Shown here piece after piece: positions 33,892 through 44,200 of a DNA stretch of 64,000 bases. Under the pieces are notes generated by a model, which was given only the letters and a program-made list of their open reading frames with translations, did not search any database and had not been told where the DNA came from. Where the stretch lies: assembly GCA_022601435.1 (NCBI GenBank), contig JAJACQ010000020.1, positions 85,535 through 149,534 on the forward strand, in the 5' to 3' direction. Numbering within the stretch: position 1 is the first letter of the stretch; every line of letters begins with the position of its first letter. Position numbers and translations under genes: made by a program. The DNA is from Chlamydiia bacterium (lineage in GTDB: Bacteria > Chlamydiota > Chlamydiia > Chlamydiales > 2-12-FULL-49-11).

Positions 33892-35001
33892 TTAATAGAC
33901 GTCTAGGTGGAAACGCTTTTCCTTCTTGAGAGCCTTTACGGCTAGATGGGCATCCTGGGGCGATAGTTTTTTTTGATCGGCAAAAATGCGCTCTATCGTG
34001 AGCGTGACATCTTTTGCCATCCTCTGGGCATCTCCTGATACGAATATGTGAGCATGCTTGTTCTCTATGAGATCGAAGAGGAACTCTTTTTGATCCCAGA
34101 GACGATCTTGCACATAGACCTTATGAGATGAATCTCTTGAAAATGCTGTGAAGAGCTTAAGATTTCCATGCTGCTCATGCTTTTTTAACTCTTCTTCGAA
34201 ATAAAAATCATACTCTTTATTCCGATCACCTGTAAATAATAGATTATGGCAATGCTTTCTATGCACCCTTTCTTGTATGAACCCTAAAAACGCTGCTATC
34301 CCTGTCCCTGGCCCTATCATTATTATTGGCGTATCATCTTCTGGAGGTTTGAATGATGGATTTGGCTGATGGAAAAGACGTATCGTCTTTTTATTAAGCA
34401 GATGCATAGATGTAAGACTACGATGAGACTTTACTCCTCGCTTATAAGAAAAATCTGCAATAAAAAGCCCAAGGGTGTCATTCATCACACTTTGTGATGA
34501 GGCTACAGAATAAAACCTTGCAAGCATCGGTGATAGAAGATCTACAAGCTCCTGTACGTCTAACTCTTTGCTATAAAATTCTTCTAAAAATTCTACTAAA
34601 TCATGCTTTTCTGTGTATCCTTTCCAATCATCTTCTAATAATTTTTCAAGTCTATCATCCTTTTGGTGGGGGATAAGCGCAGCTGCTATCTTCTTCGTCA
34701 CTCGTGTAAGATTGACATGTTGAAAAAGATATTCTGATAAAGTAATTTCGCTGCCAATTTTCTTCGGAGAAATTCTATGATCTCCAGAAATATCTAATAT
34801 AGAAAGAATCTGAGCTACATCTTTGTCATCATTATCGGGAAGTAAGCCAAAGCTACATCCCACTTCATATTTAATATTTGATCCTTCTAAGGAAAACTCT
34901 GCAAAATGATTTGATTTTGTTGAGCCTTTTTTATTTAGTTGCTTTAGACTTAATATATCTGCCGTAAACGGATTTTTTATTGAATACTTGATCTCATTCA
35001 T
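33892..35001 (-). CDS. CysJ/CPR-like FAD- and NADPH-binding oxidoreductase (no flavodoxin/FMN domain)
   Basis: FNR-superfamily motifs: RFYSVASS (R.YS..S), IIMIGPGTGIAAFLGF, FTAFSRD, IFVSGDAQRMAKDV and a C-terminal ...LDVY. The ATG overlaps the gltX stop (ATGA at 34998-35001). Confidence 0.7.
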   Translation of the reverse strand: MNEIKYSIKNPFTADILSLKQLNKKGSTKSNHFAEFSLEGSNIKYEVGCSFGLLPDNDDKDVAQILSILDISGDHRISPKKIGSEITLSEYLFQHVNLTRVTKKIAAALIPHQKDDRLEKLLEDDWKGYTEKHDLVEFLEEFYSKELDVQELVDLLSPMLARFYSVASSQSVMNDTLGLFIADFSYKRGVKSHRSLTSMHLLNKKTIRLFHQPNPSFKPPEDDTPIIMIGPGTGIAAFLGFIQERVHRKHCHNLLFTGDRNKEYDFYFEEELKKHEQHGNLKLFTAFSRDSSHKVYVQDRLWDQKEFLFDLIENKHAHIFVSGDAQRMAKDVTLTIERIFADQKKLSPQDAHLAVKALKKEKRFHLDVY

Positions 35002-36503
35002 GTGTTTGCAAATAGCTCTTTTCCATTTTGTGCATCGTATGCCTTTTGTAATAAAGGCATTTTCTTATTTGAAATTCCTCCTAAAAGCTTTATCGCTTCT
35101 AAAATACGAGCTCTTGCTCGATGCTCTCCTAAAAGAGCAATTGAATCAAAAAGTGGTGGCCCTGTGAGCTTTCCTGTAAATGTCACAAATAAAATTGGAA
35201 TAATCTCTTTTTTAAAATGCGCTTGAAAAACTTCTGCTAAGTTCTTACAGCTAACTTCCACAGCTTCTTTATCCCAACCATTTTTCTCTAGATTCCATAA
35301 AAACGTCTGAAGAATGAAACATGATTGAATGGGAGTAATTTTTCTAGGGCAGAGCATTTCAGCATTTAAGTGAAGATGATTTACAAAGAAAAAACCACAC
35401 AAATCAATAAAATCTCCGAATGTTTTCATGCGAGTATGCACAAGAGGCATAAGCTTTGTCATAAACTCATCATTAAAACCCCAATCCTTGATTCTACCCC
35501 AAAGATCTTTTTCTTCAATTGAAGAAATCATGTATTGTTGATTGATCCAGTCGAGCTTTTTTACATCAAAAACTGCACCACTTGTCCCTATTCTTTCTGG
35601 ATTAAATGTTTTGATGATCTCATCAAGTGAATAAATCTCTTTATCACCCTCCATTGAATAGCCCATCAAACTTAAGAAGTTTAAAAATGCCTCTGGAAGA
35701 TAACCGGAATCTCTATAGAAATAAGCAGATGTAGGATTCTTTCTTTTTGAAAGCTTTTTCCCATCAGTCCCTAACAAAAGTGGCATATGAATGTAAACCG
35801 GAGGCTTAAATCCAAAAGCTTCATTAATTAATATATGCTTTGGCGTTGAGCTCACCCACTCATCACCACGAATCACATGTGAAATTTCCATCAAATGATC
35901 ATCGATCACATTGGCTAAGTGATAAGTTGGAAGCCCATCTGACTTCATCAAGACCTGATCATCAATATCTGCACACGGTACTTTGATAATGCCCTTAATC
36001 TCATCCTTAAAGACAACTTCTCCTGTTAAAGGTACCTTTAATCTGATTACAAAAGAGCGGCCCTCATCTTCAAAAGCTTTAATCTCATCCGGTGTTAAAT
36101 TTCTATGCCTTCTGTCATAACCAATCTTTTTGCCTGTCTTTTTAGCAATAATCCTCATTTCATCTAGCTCTTCAGATGTGGTGAAACACTTATATGCCTT
36201 GCCTTCTTTTAGCAATTGATCACAATATTTTGTATAAATAGCACTTCTTTCAGACTGCTTATATGATCCATAATCTCCACCAATATCTGGACCTTCATCC
36301 CATTCAAGACCTATCCATCTAAGTGATTCATAAATACTTTCTTCATACTCAGGACGCGATCTTTTTTGATCGGTGTCTTCAATCCTTAGGATAAATGAGC
36401 CATTATTGGCTTTTGCAAAAATTAAATTAAATAAACCCATATATAGGGTGCCAACATGAGGATGCCCCGTTGGCGAAGGAGCAATACGTGTACGAACTTT
36501 CAT
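34998..36503 (-). CDS. gltX: glutamyl-tRNA synthetase
   Basis: Class I motifs are present: HIGH variant (PSPTGHPHVGT) and KLSKR (KMSKS-type). 501 aa. Confidence 0.92.
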   Translation of the reverse strand: MKVRTRIAPSPTGHPHVGTLYMGLFNLIFAKANNGSFILRIEDTDQKRSRPEYEESIYESLRWIGLEWDEGPDIGGDYGSYKQSERSAIYTKYCDQLLKEGKAYKCFTTSEELDEMRIIAKKTGKKIGYDRRHRNLTPDEIKAFEDEGRSFVIRLKVPLTGEVVFKDEIKGIIKVPCADIDDQVLMKSDGLPTYHLANVIDDHLMEISHVIRGDEWVSSTPKHILINEAFGFKPPVYIHMPLLLGTDGKKLSKRKNPTSAYFYRDSGYLPEAFLNFLSLMGYSMEGDKEIYSLDEIIKTFNPERIGTSGAVFDVKKLDWINQQYMISSIEEKDLWGRIKDWGFNDEFMTKLMPLVHTRMKTFGDFIDLCGFFFVNHLHLNAEMLCPRKITPIQSCFILQTFLWNLEKNGWDKEAVEVSCKNLAEVFQAHFKKEIIPILFVTFTGKLTGPPLFDSIALLGEHRARARILEAIKLLGGISNKKMPLLQKAYDAQNGKELFANT

Positions 36504-36544
36504 GCAAAGAAGTATAGCTTAAAATTCATCTTTTTGCAAATCTC

Positions 36545-38473
36545 TTATTTCTCATGAAGAAGAATAAATTCTTTCATAATATTTTTTGACTCGGTAAGTT
36601 GTAAATCTTCTTGGGTAAAAAACTCTTCAGAATAGGTCTTATCAGATGGATCCTTTAGTGCTTTTAAGAAGTTTTGATAGTCTTTATTTTTTGAAATCCT
36701 ACTCTGAGAGGATTTTTTTAGAGTGGGAAGATACTTTGAGACAGATTCTTGTTTTTGAAGGTTTTTTTGTAGGGCTTTTTTGACGCGGAAGCGATATAGA
36801 GGATGGATGTCAGCAAGATCATCTTCAAATAAAGGAGCAATTGAGTCATTTTCTAGTGGGTATTTTGAAAATTTTTCTCCCACTTCTGTTTCGGCATAGA
36901 TTCCCGGCACCACCACATCTGAGGCAACGCCATGAAGTTGAGGACTTTTTCCGGCAACTGTATAGTAAACTCCGCCGGTAACTTTATATTCCCCTTTAGG
37001 GTTAACTCTATCAGGTGTTTTATCAAAGAATGTTCCTGATTGATGGCTTCCTTTTCCGTATGAGGAGGCGCTTCCTACAACAATAGCTCGACCATAATCA
37101 GAGAGAGATTGAGCAACAATTTCAGAGGCAGAGGCAGATCCTTTATTGATAAGAACCATCAAAGGCCCGTCCCAGATTTTATTATCATTGAGGTTTCGAA
37201 GGCGACTTACTTCGCCAGTGCTTGTTCTAATGGCTGCTACAACACCTTTATCAATAAATAAAGAGGCTACATTGATAGCCTCCATTAAAAGGCCTCCGCC
37301 ATTATCTCGAAGGTCTAGGATCACACCTTTTAGTTTGTGTTTTTTCTGGATATCTAAAAGCTCTTTTCGAAGATCCTTTGATGAGGCAGTCGTTGGGTCT
37401 CCGTAGAAAGAATGAAGGTGTAGATGTGCTATAACGCCATCACCATAGGGTTCAAAATGTGAAGAGTAACGACTTTCTTCTACAACAATTTCATCGCGTA
37501 CAATCTCAACATCAAAATTTTGTTTTACATCATCTGCAACACGGATAATTGAAAGGATGACTTTTGATCGACGAGGGCCTCTAATTAAATCTACTGCTTC
37601 AGAAAGATCCATTCCTATAATAGATTCATTGTTTACAGCAATTATTTTATCACCCTTTTTAAGAAGTTTTCCTTTTTGAGCAGGCCCTCCTTTAATAATT
37701 TTTTCTACTGATAGACCATCCATGGAATCTCTTAATAAGGCGCCAATGCCAAAGAGTCTTTGTTGGATATGAACAATAAACTGTTTTGCTTCATGAGGTG
37801 TAAAGTATGTCGTGTGGGAATCAAGCGCTTCTGCAATGCTTTTTAAAAAAAAGACATGAACCATTCTAGTTCTCTCAAGATTTGATTCGCATGTGAGCTC
37901 TTTTTCTCGATTTAGCCTTTTTCTTAATATAAATGCTCTTTGCTTTTCTTGCTTTTTTGCGTCCAGGTGAGAGATTGCTTCTTCCTGAATAGATTTAACC
38001 ATCCTTAGCTTATTCTTCCATTCAGCTATACTTTTAGGGTGAGACATCTCTTCAATAGCCTTGTAATCTACTGCTTTAGGGAGATCCTTATAGAAAATAC
38101 TAGTCTCTAAGGAATTGCGGCGTTCTATGGCCTTTAAAAAGGTGCTGTAAAGATTAGTAAATAACGTAAAGTTCTCATGCTCATAGTCTTCTGTTGCAAC
38201 TGAGAGAAAGCTGTCAGAGGGGTTTAGGTATTTTTCTACTTCATTTTTAAGTAGATACATTTTTATTGGGTCTATCTTGTCAATAAATATTTTGAAAGCT
38301 CTTGAAATAAGCGCTTTATCTACTTTTTTGTACTTAGCGTGCATTTTAAGCATCTCTTCAGTCTTTTCATAGGTGTCATGGGAGGTTAATTGTGGAGGTG
38401 CTACTATAGCCTCTAAATTACAAGTAACAGATAATAAGAAGATTACAAGAAATCTCGTGAAAATTTTGCCCAT
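36545..38473 (-). CDS. tsp: tail-specific (C-terminal processing) protease, S41 family (Tsp/CtpA)
   Basis: 642 aa with a signal peptide. PDZ segment (GDKIIAVNNESIIGMDLSEAVDLIRG). S41 catalytic context LINKGSASASEI and GKGS. Confidence 0.88.
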   Translation of the reverse strand: MGKIFTRFLVIFLLSVTCNLEAIVAPPQLTSHDTYEKTEEMLKMHAKYKKVDKALISRAFKIFIDKIDPIKMYLLKNEVEKYLNPSDSFLSVATEDYEHENFTLFTNLYSTFLKAIERRNSLETSIFYKDLPKAVDYKAIEEMSHPKSIAEWKNKLRMVKSIQEEAISHLDAKKQEKQRAFILRKRLNREKELTCESNLERTRMVHVFFLKSIAEALDSHTTYFTPHEAKQFIVHIQQRLFGIGALLRDSMDGLSVEKIIKGGPAQKGKLLKKGDKIIAVNNESIIGMDLSEAVDLIRGPRRSKVILSIIRVADDVKQNFDVEIVRDEIVVEESRYSSHFEPYGDGVIAHLHLHSFYGDPTTASSKDLRKELLDIQKKHKLKGVILDLRDNGGGLLMEAINVASLFIDKGVVAAIRTSTGEVSRLRNLNDNKIWDGPLMVLINKGSASASEIVAQSLSDYGRAIVVGSASSYGKGSHQSGTFFDKTPDRVNPKGEYKVTGGVYYTVAGKSPQLHGVASDVVVPGIYAETEVGEKFSKYPLENDSIAPLFEDDLADIHPLYRFRVKKALQKNLQKQESVSKYLPTLKKSSQSRISKNKDYQNFLKALKDPSDKTYSEEFFTQEDLQLTESKNIMKEFILLHEK

Positions 38474-38786
38474 TTAAAAACCCTTTGATTTGATCGCAGC
38501 ATAGTAGATTGGGTCCTTTCTAGCTATAAAAAAGGATGAAATTGAAATAGTTTTTATAATACTCGTATATAAATAATCCTAAATTCTTAATTTTTTTGTG
38601 TTTTTGAATGAAAAAGATTGATATCAATTCTTTTTTTATGGCAAAATTAATAATTCAAAAGGGTAAAAGAATGAATAAAATGGAAATTGGGATTACTAAC
38701 CAGATTAGTTAATTATAATTTATATAGTTGGCTTTGAATTAGTTGCTCAATAAAAAATTATCTTTAGAGAGGAGGATAATAAACAA

Positions 38787-39245
38787 ATGGAAAATAGAGA
38801 AGAGATCATGCAGGAGCAAGCAGAAATGGCTCAACCAAGAGTTGTGTCAATTACTGAAGCTGCTAGAATCAACAATGTGACAAGACAAGCGATTTATGTT
38901 GCAATTAAGCAAAAGAAGCTTCGTGCGTCAAAAGATGCGACTAGATGGACAATTGACCTTGCTGATCTAGAAGAGTACAGAAGAAAGAAGTATTCAAGAG
39001 CAAAATCAACATTTGATGGTGAATTAATTTTTGATAACCAGAAAGGTTATTTTTCAGTAAATCAAGTTGCTAAAATGCTTGGTGTGCCACCACAAAAGAT
39101 TTATTACGCAACAAGAATTGGTTTACTAAAAGCAGTTAGAAAAGGTGCTGCTTGGGTGATCCATTCTGATGACGTAAAGGCTTATCAAGAAAATTATTTG
39201 AATAAGAGAACTGTTAATACTGAATCTTCGGATGAAGCAATGTAA
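38787..39245 (+). CDS. euo: Euo-like chlamydial developmental transcriptional repressor (two tandem excisionase-type HTH domains)
   Basis: The internal duplication shows one HTH in each half (ITEAARINNVTRQAIYVAIKQKKL...RWTIDLADLEEY and SVNQVAKMLGVPPQKIYYATRIGLL...GAAWVIHSDDVKAY). Blocks such as FDN.KG.YSVNQVA.MLG.P.QK.YYATR and RKGAAWVI match my memory of Euo. The position next to recJ matches euo in Chlamydia trachomatis. GAGGAGG SD at 38770-38776. Confidence 0.75.
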   Translation: MENREEIMQEQAEMAQPRVVSITEAARINNVTRQAIYVAIKQKKLRASKDATRWTIDLADLEEYRRKKYSRAKSTFDGELIFDNQKGYFSVNQVAKMLGVPPQKIYYATRIGLLKAVRKGAAWVIHSDDVKAYQENYLNKRTVNTESSDEAM

Positions 39246-39325
39246 TTTCTCTTTGGAGATTTTAACATTTAAACAATTTTATAGCAATTCGATAGGGTTA
39301 ACCTATCGAGGCTAGAACCTCTCGC

Positions 39326-39363
39326 AAACCGCTGTCAAAAAATTATTTTACAGCGGTTTTTTT
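39326..39363 (+). terminator. rho-independent terminator downstream of euo
   Basis: AAACCGCTGT (39326-39335) pairs with ACAGCGGTTT (39350-39359), followed by a T-run to 39363. It is preceded by a second small hairpin, TCGATAGG-GTTAA-CCTATCGA. Confidence 0.6.
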
Positions 39364-39419
39364 ATATCCAGAATTTTGATCTAATATGTTGTAAATTAAG
39401 AGCTCTCAAAAAGCTCTAT

Positions 39420-41183
39420 TTAGGTGTCTAAAACTATAAAATCTTTTATTTGAAGTTGTATTGAAGACTTATTTAGATAAGCGTTTATATGAGGAGTAAA
39501 GGCAATTAGAAGCTTTGTATTCTTCTTGATAAGTGAGGGTTTTCTATTTGCCATGTTAAATCCTATTCCTTCAAGATAACGATCCCCGTCTTCTAAAGAA
39601 AATTTTAAATGATTCTTCCCGACGATTTTCGGAGGATTAACTTGCTTGCATGTAGCGAATAATGTGACATTGGGATTTTCCATTCCATATGGTTCTAGGA
39701 GGGTGAGTGATTCTAGAAACTCAAAAGTCAAATCTTTGAAAGAGATCTCAGCATCTAAATAGAGTTTTGGTAAAACATCCTTGTCTTTAAGGTTATTTTG
39801 AGCGGCTTTAATGAATTTTTCTCTTAATAAAGGGATGTTTTCTTCTTTGATAGTTAGCCCGCACGCGTAATCATGCCCCCCAAAGTTTATCAATAAATCT
39901 TTATTTTTCTTCAAGACATGCAGAACTGGAAACTCAGGAATTGTTCTTATTGATCCTTTTCCAATCCCATCTTTAATGGTTATAATGATAGTGGGCTTAT
40001 TATAGAGCTTTGAAATTTTAGTTGCTAAAATTGCGATAATACCGGAATGCCATGTATATGAATGTAATACAATTGCTTTATCTCTAATAATACCAGGATT
40101 TACAGCTATTTCTTTATCGAGGGTTTCAGTGTCTTTACGCTCTATTTTTTGTCTCTTTTGATTCATTTCATCAAGATCTCTTGCAAGAGCTTCTGCTTCG
40201 CTCATATCTCGTACCAAAAGAAGATTAACACCCTTTACAGGATCATCTATTCTTCCTAAACTATTTAAACGAGGAGCCACTTTAGAGGCTATATCAGAAG
40301 TTGAAATTTCTTCAGGGTTTACATCTGATACGTGAATTAGTTTTAATAATCCAATACGTTGAGTTTGCCTGAGCTGTTCAATTCCATAGCGAACTAATAT
40401 TCTATTTTCACCTGTTAAAGCCCCCATATCTGAAATGGTTCCAAGGGCAACAAGGTCTAAATATCTTCTTAAATCAATAAGATCTGTTTGTACTTCACCT
40501 TTTTTTGCAAGCATGTTCATCATAGCATGAGCAAATTTGAAAGCAACACCTACTCCAGTTAGGTCCTTATTTGAATAACGACTGCCCTTTAATTTGGGAT
40601 TTAAAGTGGCCACACAGTGAGGAATGGTGTCTGTGGGCTCGTGATGATCTGTTACTATGACATCAATCCCATTTTTGGTAAGCACTTCAATCTCTTCTGC
40701 AGCAGTAATTCCACAATCCACAGTAATAAGAAGTTCACATTCTTTTTCTTTAGCAAAATCATAGCAATCTAAAATTGTATTTCCTCGATCAGAGGTTCTT
40801 GAAACTATGTAGAAATAAACACGGGCACCAAGGGCACGAAGGAAATCTACTAATAAGGTTGTTCCAGTAATTCCATCAACATCGTTATCTCCAAAAATCA
40901 AAATACTTTGATTTTTTCGAAGAGCTTCATAGAGCCTTTCTGTTGCCTTATCTATTTCGGATAGTTTTTCTGGTGGGATCAGTTGAGGGAGTTTTGAATA
41001 GAGAAATCTATGAACTTCTGATTTCTTTGTAAACTTTCTTGAGACTAAAACTTGTGCAGTAGCAGGGTGAATGTGAAATTCTGATACAAAGAAATCGCGC
41101 AGAGAGTTGTTCTCTGTTGGATAAACCCATAATAGGTTTGAGGGGGATTGTTTGTATTTCATAAAGGCGTCTTTTTTTGCCAT
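39420..41183 (-). CDS. recJ: single-stranded-DNA-specific exonuclease RecJ
   Basis: DHH motifs (IFGDNDVDGITG, TVDCG, VTDHH) and DHHA1 (GGHDYACG). Confidence 0.9.
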   Translation of the reverse strand: MAKKDAFMKYKQSPSNLLWVYPTENNSLRDFFVSEFHIHPATAQVLVSRKFTKKSEVHRFLYSKLPQLIPPEKLSEIDKATERLYEALRKNQSILIFGDNDVDGITGTTLLVDFLRALGARVYFYIVSRTSDRGNTILDCYDFAKEKECELLITVDCGITAAEEIEVLTKNGIDVIVTDHHEPTDTIPHCVATLNPKLKGSRYSNKDLTGVGVAFKFAHAMMNMLAKKGEVQTDLIDLRRYLDLVALGTISDMGALTGENRILVRYGIEQLRQTQRIGLLKLIHVSDVNPEEISTSDIASKVAPRLNSLGRIDDPVKGVNLLLVRDMSEAEALARDLDEMNQKRQKIERKDTETLDKEIAVNPGIIRDKAIVLHSYTWHSGIIAILATKISKLYNKPTIIITIKDGIGKGSIRTIPEFPVLHVLKKNKDLLINFGGHDYACGLTIKEENIPLLREKFIKAAQNNLKDKDVLPKLYLDAEISFKDLTFEFLESLTLLEPYGMENPNVTLFATCKQVNPPKIVGKNHLKFSLEDGDRYLEGIGFNMANRKPSLIKKNTKLLIAFTPHINAYLNKSSIQLQIKDFIVLDT

Positions 41184-41262
41184 ACTACACCACTTAAGTT
41201 TATATAATCAAGGCCTACAAGAGGGTACTTAAAAAAATTTCAGAGTTTTAAAAAAGGCTTTT

Positions 41263-44200
41263 TTAGAAGTCTTTTCTATAGTCATTTAGATTTACCCTTA
41301 CCTTTACAGAAGAGATTTGCTTTTGCTCTTTAGATTCTTTTTTCTTAAAGAAATATAGGAATGTAGAACTTAAAAATAGTGTCGATAAAGTCCCGATAAT
41401 TACACCCATCATCATTAAGAATGAGAAGTTAAAGATAGATTTTCCTCCTAAAAGCACAAGCGACAGCAAAACAACTAATGTTGTTAGCGACGTCATGATT
41501 GTTCTTGAAAGCGTTTTATTTAGTGAATAATTGATTACTTCACTTGCACTCATTGTTTTCTTGTTTTTCAAATCCGAGCGAACCCTGTCAAACACAATAA
41601 TTGTATCATTTAACGAGTATCCGATAATTGTCATCAAAGCTGCTATAGTATTTAAATCAATAAGAAGAGGCATTCCAAAAGCTTTAAATATTCCAAGCAT
41701 TGCTAATGTTAACATTAAATCAAATGCCAATCCAATAGTTGCTGAGATCGCATACGTAAACTCAAATCTTACAGTGATGTATATTAAGATAGCAATCAAA
41801 GCTAAACACAAACCAAATATAGCATTATTTCGCATCGTCTTTGACATCTGTCCACTGATGCTTGTGAAATTTTTGTCTAAGTTTATGAGTGATTTCTCTG
41901 TAAGCTGCACATTGTTCTTTTGTAAAGCACTCACCACAAAGTTAAGTTTTGGATTTTTTTGATAACTATAAGACATATCTTCAAAAGAAGTAGGCTTTTT
42001 AAGGTTTGCAAAAGGTCTTCCTGTTGAGCTTAATGAATTGCTTAAGAATATCTTAAGATTCTCAGGAGTCCCTAACTCACGTATAGAGAATTCAGACGAC
42101 TTCATTCCTGCATTTTCAAATGCATGGGATACCTGTTGCTTAGGTGAGATCTCTTTGTTTGAGGCTATTTCTACCTCAAGAGACATTCCTCCAGTAAAAT
42201 CCATTCCTAATAAGCTGTTTTTCTGCTCATAGAGAGTGATTGCTCCTACGAAGATAATTGCTGTTGAAATAAAGATCGCAAGCTTACCATACTTTAAAAA
42301 CTTGAATCCTGTGTTAGGAAATAAATTTAACATTTTAAGGGTTTGATTCTTGCTTCTCTTTAGCCAAAAACTAAAGAATGTACGTGTCATATATAAAGCT
42401 GTAAACATTGAAGAGACAATACCAATAATTAAGGTGAGAGCAAAGCCTTTCACTGGGCCCGCATCAAAATTCAATAATATTAGAGCAGCTATGATGGTTG
42501 TTATGTTTGAATCAAAAATAGCCGTAAAAGCTTTTTGATACCCTGCCGCTATTGATTTAGACAAGTTATCCTGAATTTGACTTTCTTCACGAATCCTTTC
42601 AAATATTAAAACGTTTGCATCAACAGCCATCCCTATGGTTAGAATGATACCTGCAATTCCTGCAAGAGTTAAAGCAGCGCCTAAGTTTTGCAAAGTTGCC
42701 CATATAATTAAGATGTTGAAAATGACTGCTATAGAAGCGATTATTCCAGCAAAGCGATAGTATCCAACCATGATTAGAATAACTGCTACAAAAGCCATAA
42801 GAGCAGCAAGAAGTCCTTGTGAGCGCTCTTTAGTGCCGAGTTCTGGGCTAATTGTTGTCTCAGAAACAATTTCAGGTCTATATGTTAATGAACCTGCACG
42901 AAGATCAGCTGCTAACTTATTTACTTCTTTTTGAGTGAAAGAACCTGAGATACGACCATTATCTTTTAATGAGTCAGAAAGACGAGGCATTGAAATGATC
43001 TTTCCGTTTAATATCGCTGATAATCTCCATCCATTTCCATTTGTATACTGAGCATAATCGGCATTATTCATATGTGAAGTAGAGAAAACAGAAGTCCAGC
43101 TATATAAAACATCTCGTGGATTAAAGCTATTTCCATCACTTCCTTTTGCAGAGCTGTTAACTGAGAATGAAAGAAAATTCCCTGAAGAAGGGTCATAGCC
43201 TGCATGAACATCACTAAGAGAGGATCCTTCTAAGGCATAGTTGTTCATAATTATCACCAGTGGATTTGGCATGCCATACCACTCTTGATAACTATCGCCA
43301 TCTAATACACCAATTTTTGAGATGCTATCATTGAATGAAGAGCTCATCTCAGAACTATCAGGATCTGCTAAAATGAGGCCACTATCTAAAAGGACTCTTC
43401 CTGAATCACTTCTTGGTAGCGCATTCTCCTTATTTACGGCATCTCCATAAAGATGATTAAACGCAATTCTATTAATGCTTTCGCTATCTGTTCTATCTGT
43501 AACTTGAGCTTCATTCCAAACTTCTTGAAGGAACTTTGAAATTGCTCCTCTTAGTTGATTGTTATGCATCGAGTATTTTTCATTAACAATATGAAAGGTC
43601 ATTGAAGAAGAAGTTACAAGCTCATGTGCGGATAAACTTTGAGTTGCTGGAAAATCAAGCGTAATTAATGAGCCCTCTTTTCGAATGGAAACGTCTGATA
43701 CTCCCATTTTATTGACACGTCTATAAAGCTCACTAACACCTTGATTAAGGTCAGCCTCTGCTTTTACAGGTTTATTCTGTTTATCTTTTAATGCAACAGA
43801 TACAGTTGTTCCACCTTCTAAATCAATGCCCCAGTGAAGAATCTTTCTGTCATCTCCTCGGAAGTATTTAGAAGTAGAAAGCGCTAGATTGCTATAAAAT
43901 GGACTTTTAGTGGGAGCCGGTACACTTAAATATCCCTCTGATTCAGGATTTACCCTTGCTTGTTTATAGTCATCATTCCATTTTAAAAGAGCAGCATGCT
44001 CTTTATTTTCAATAGCATTAACAGTAAGAATTCTGTTTTTTACATCAGAAAACTCAAGTGTTGCAAATTTCTTTGAGCCAATTACCTTCCAATCCTCTCT
44101 TGTTGCACTCAATAATGATCCGGATAAATCGCTAATTTCATAGATGATATCATCTTTGTATTCTGATCCAAATGGATAGGCATTTCCCGACAGAGTTCTT

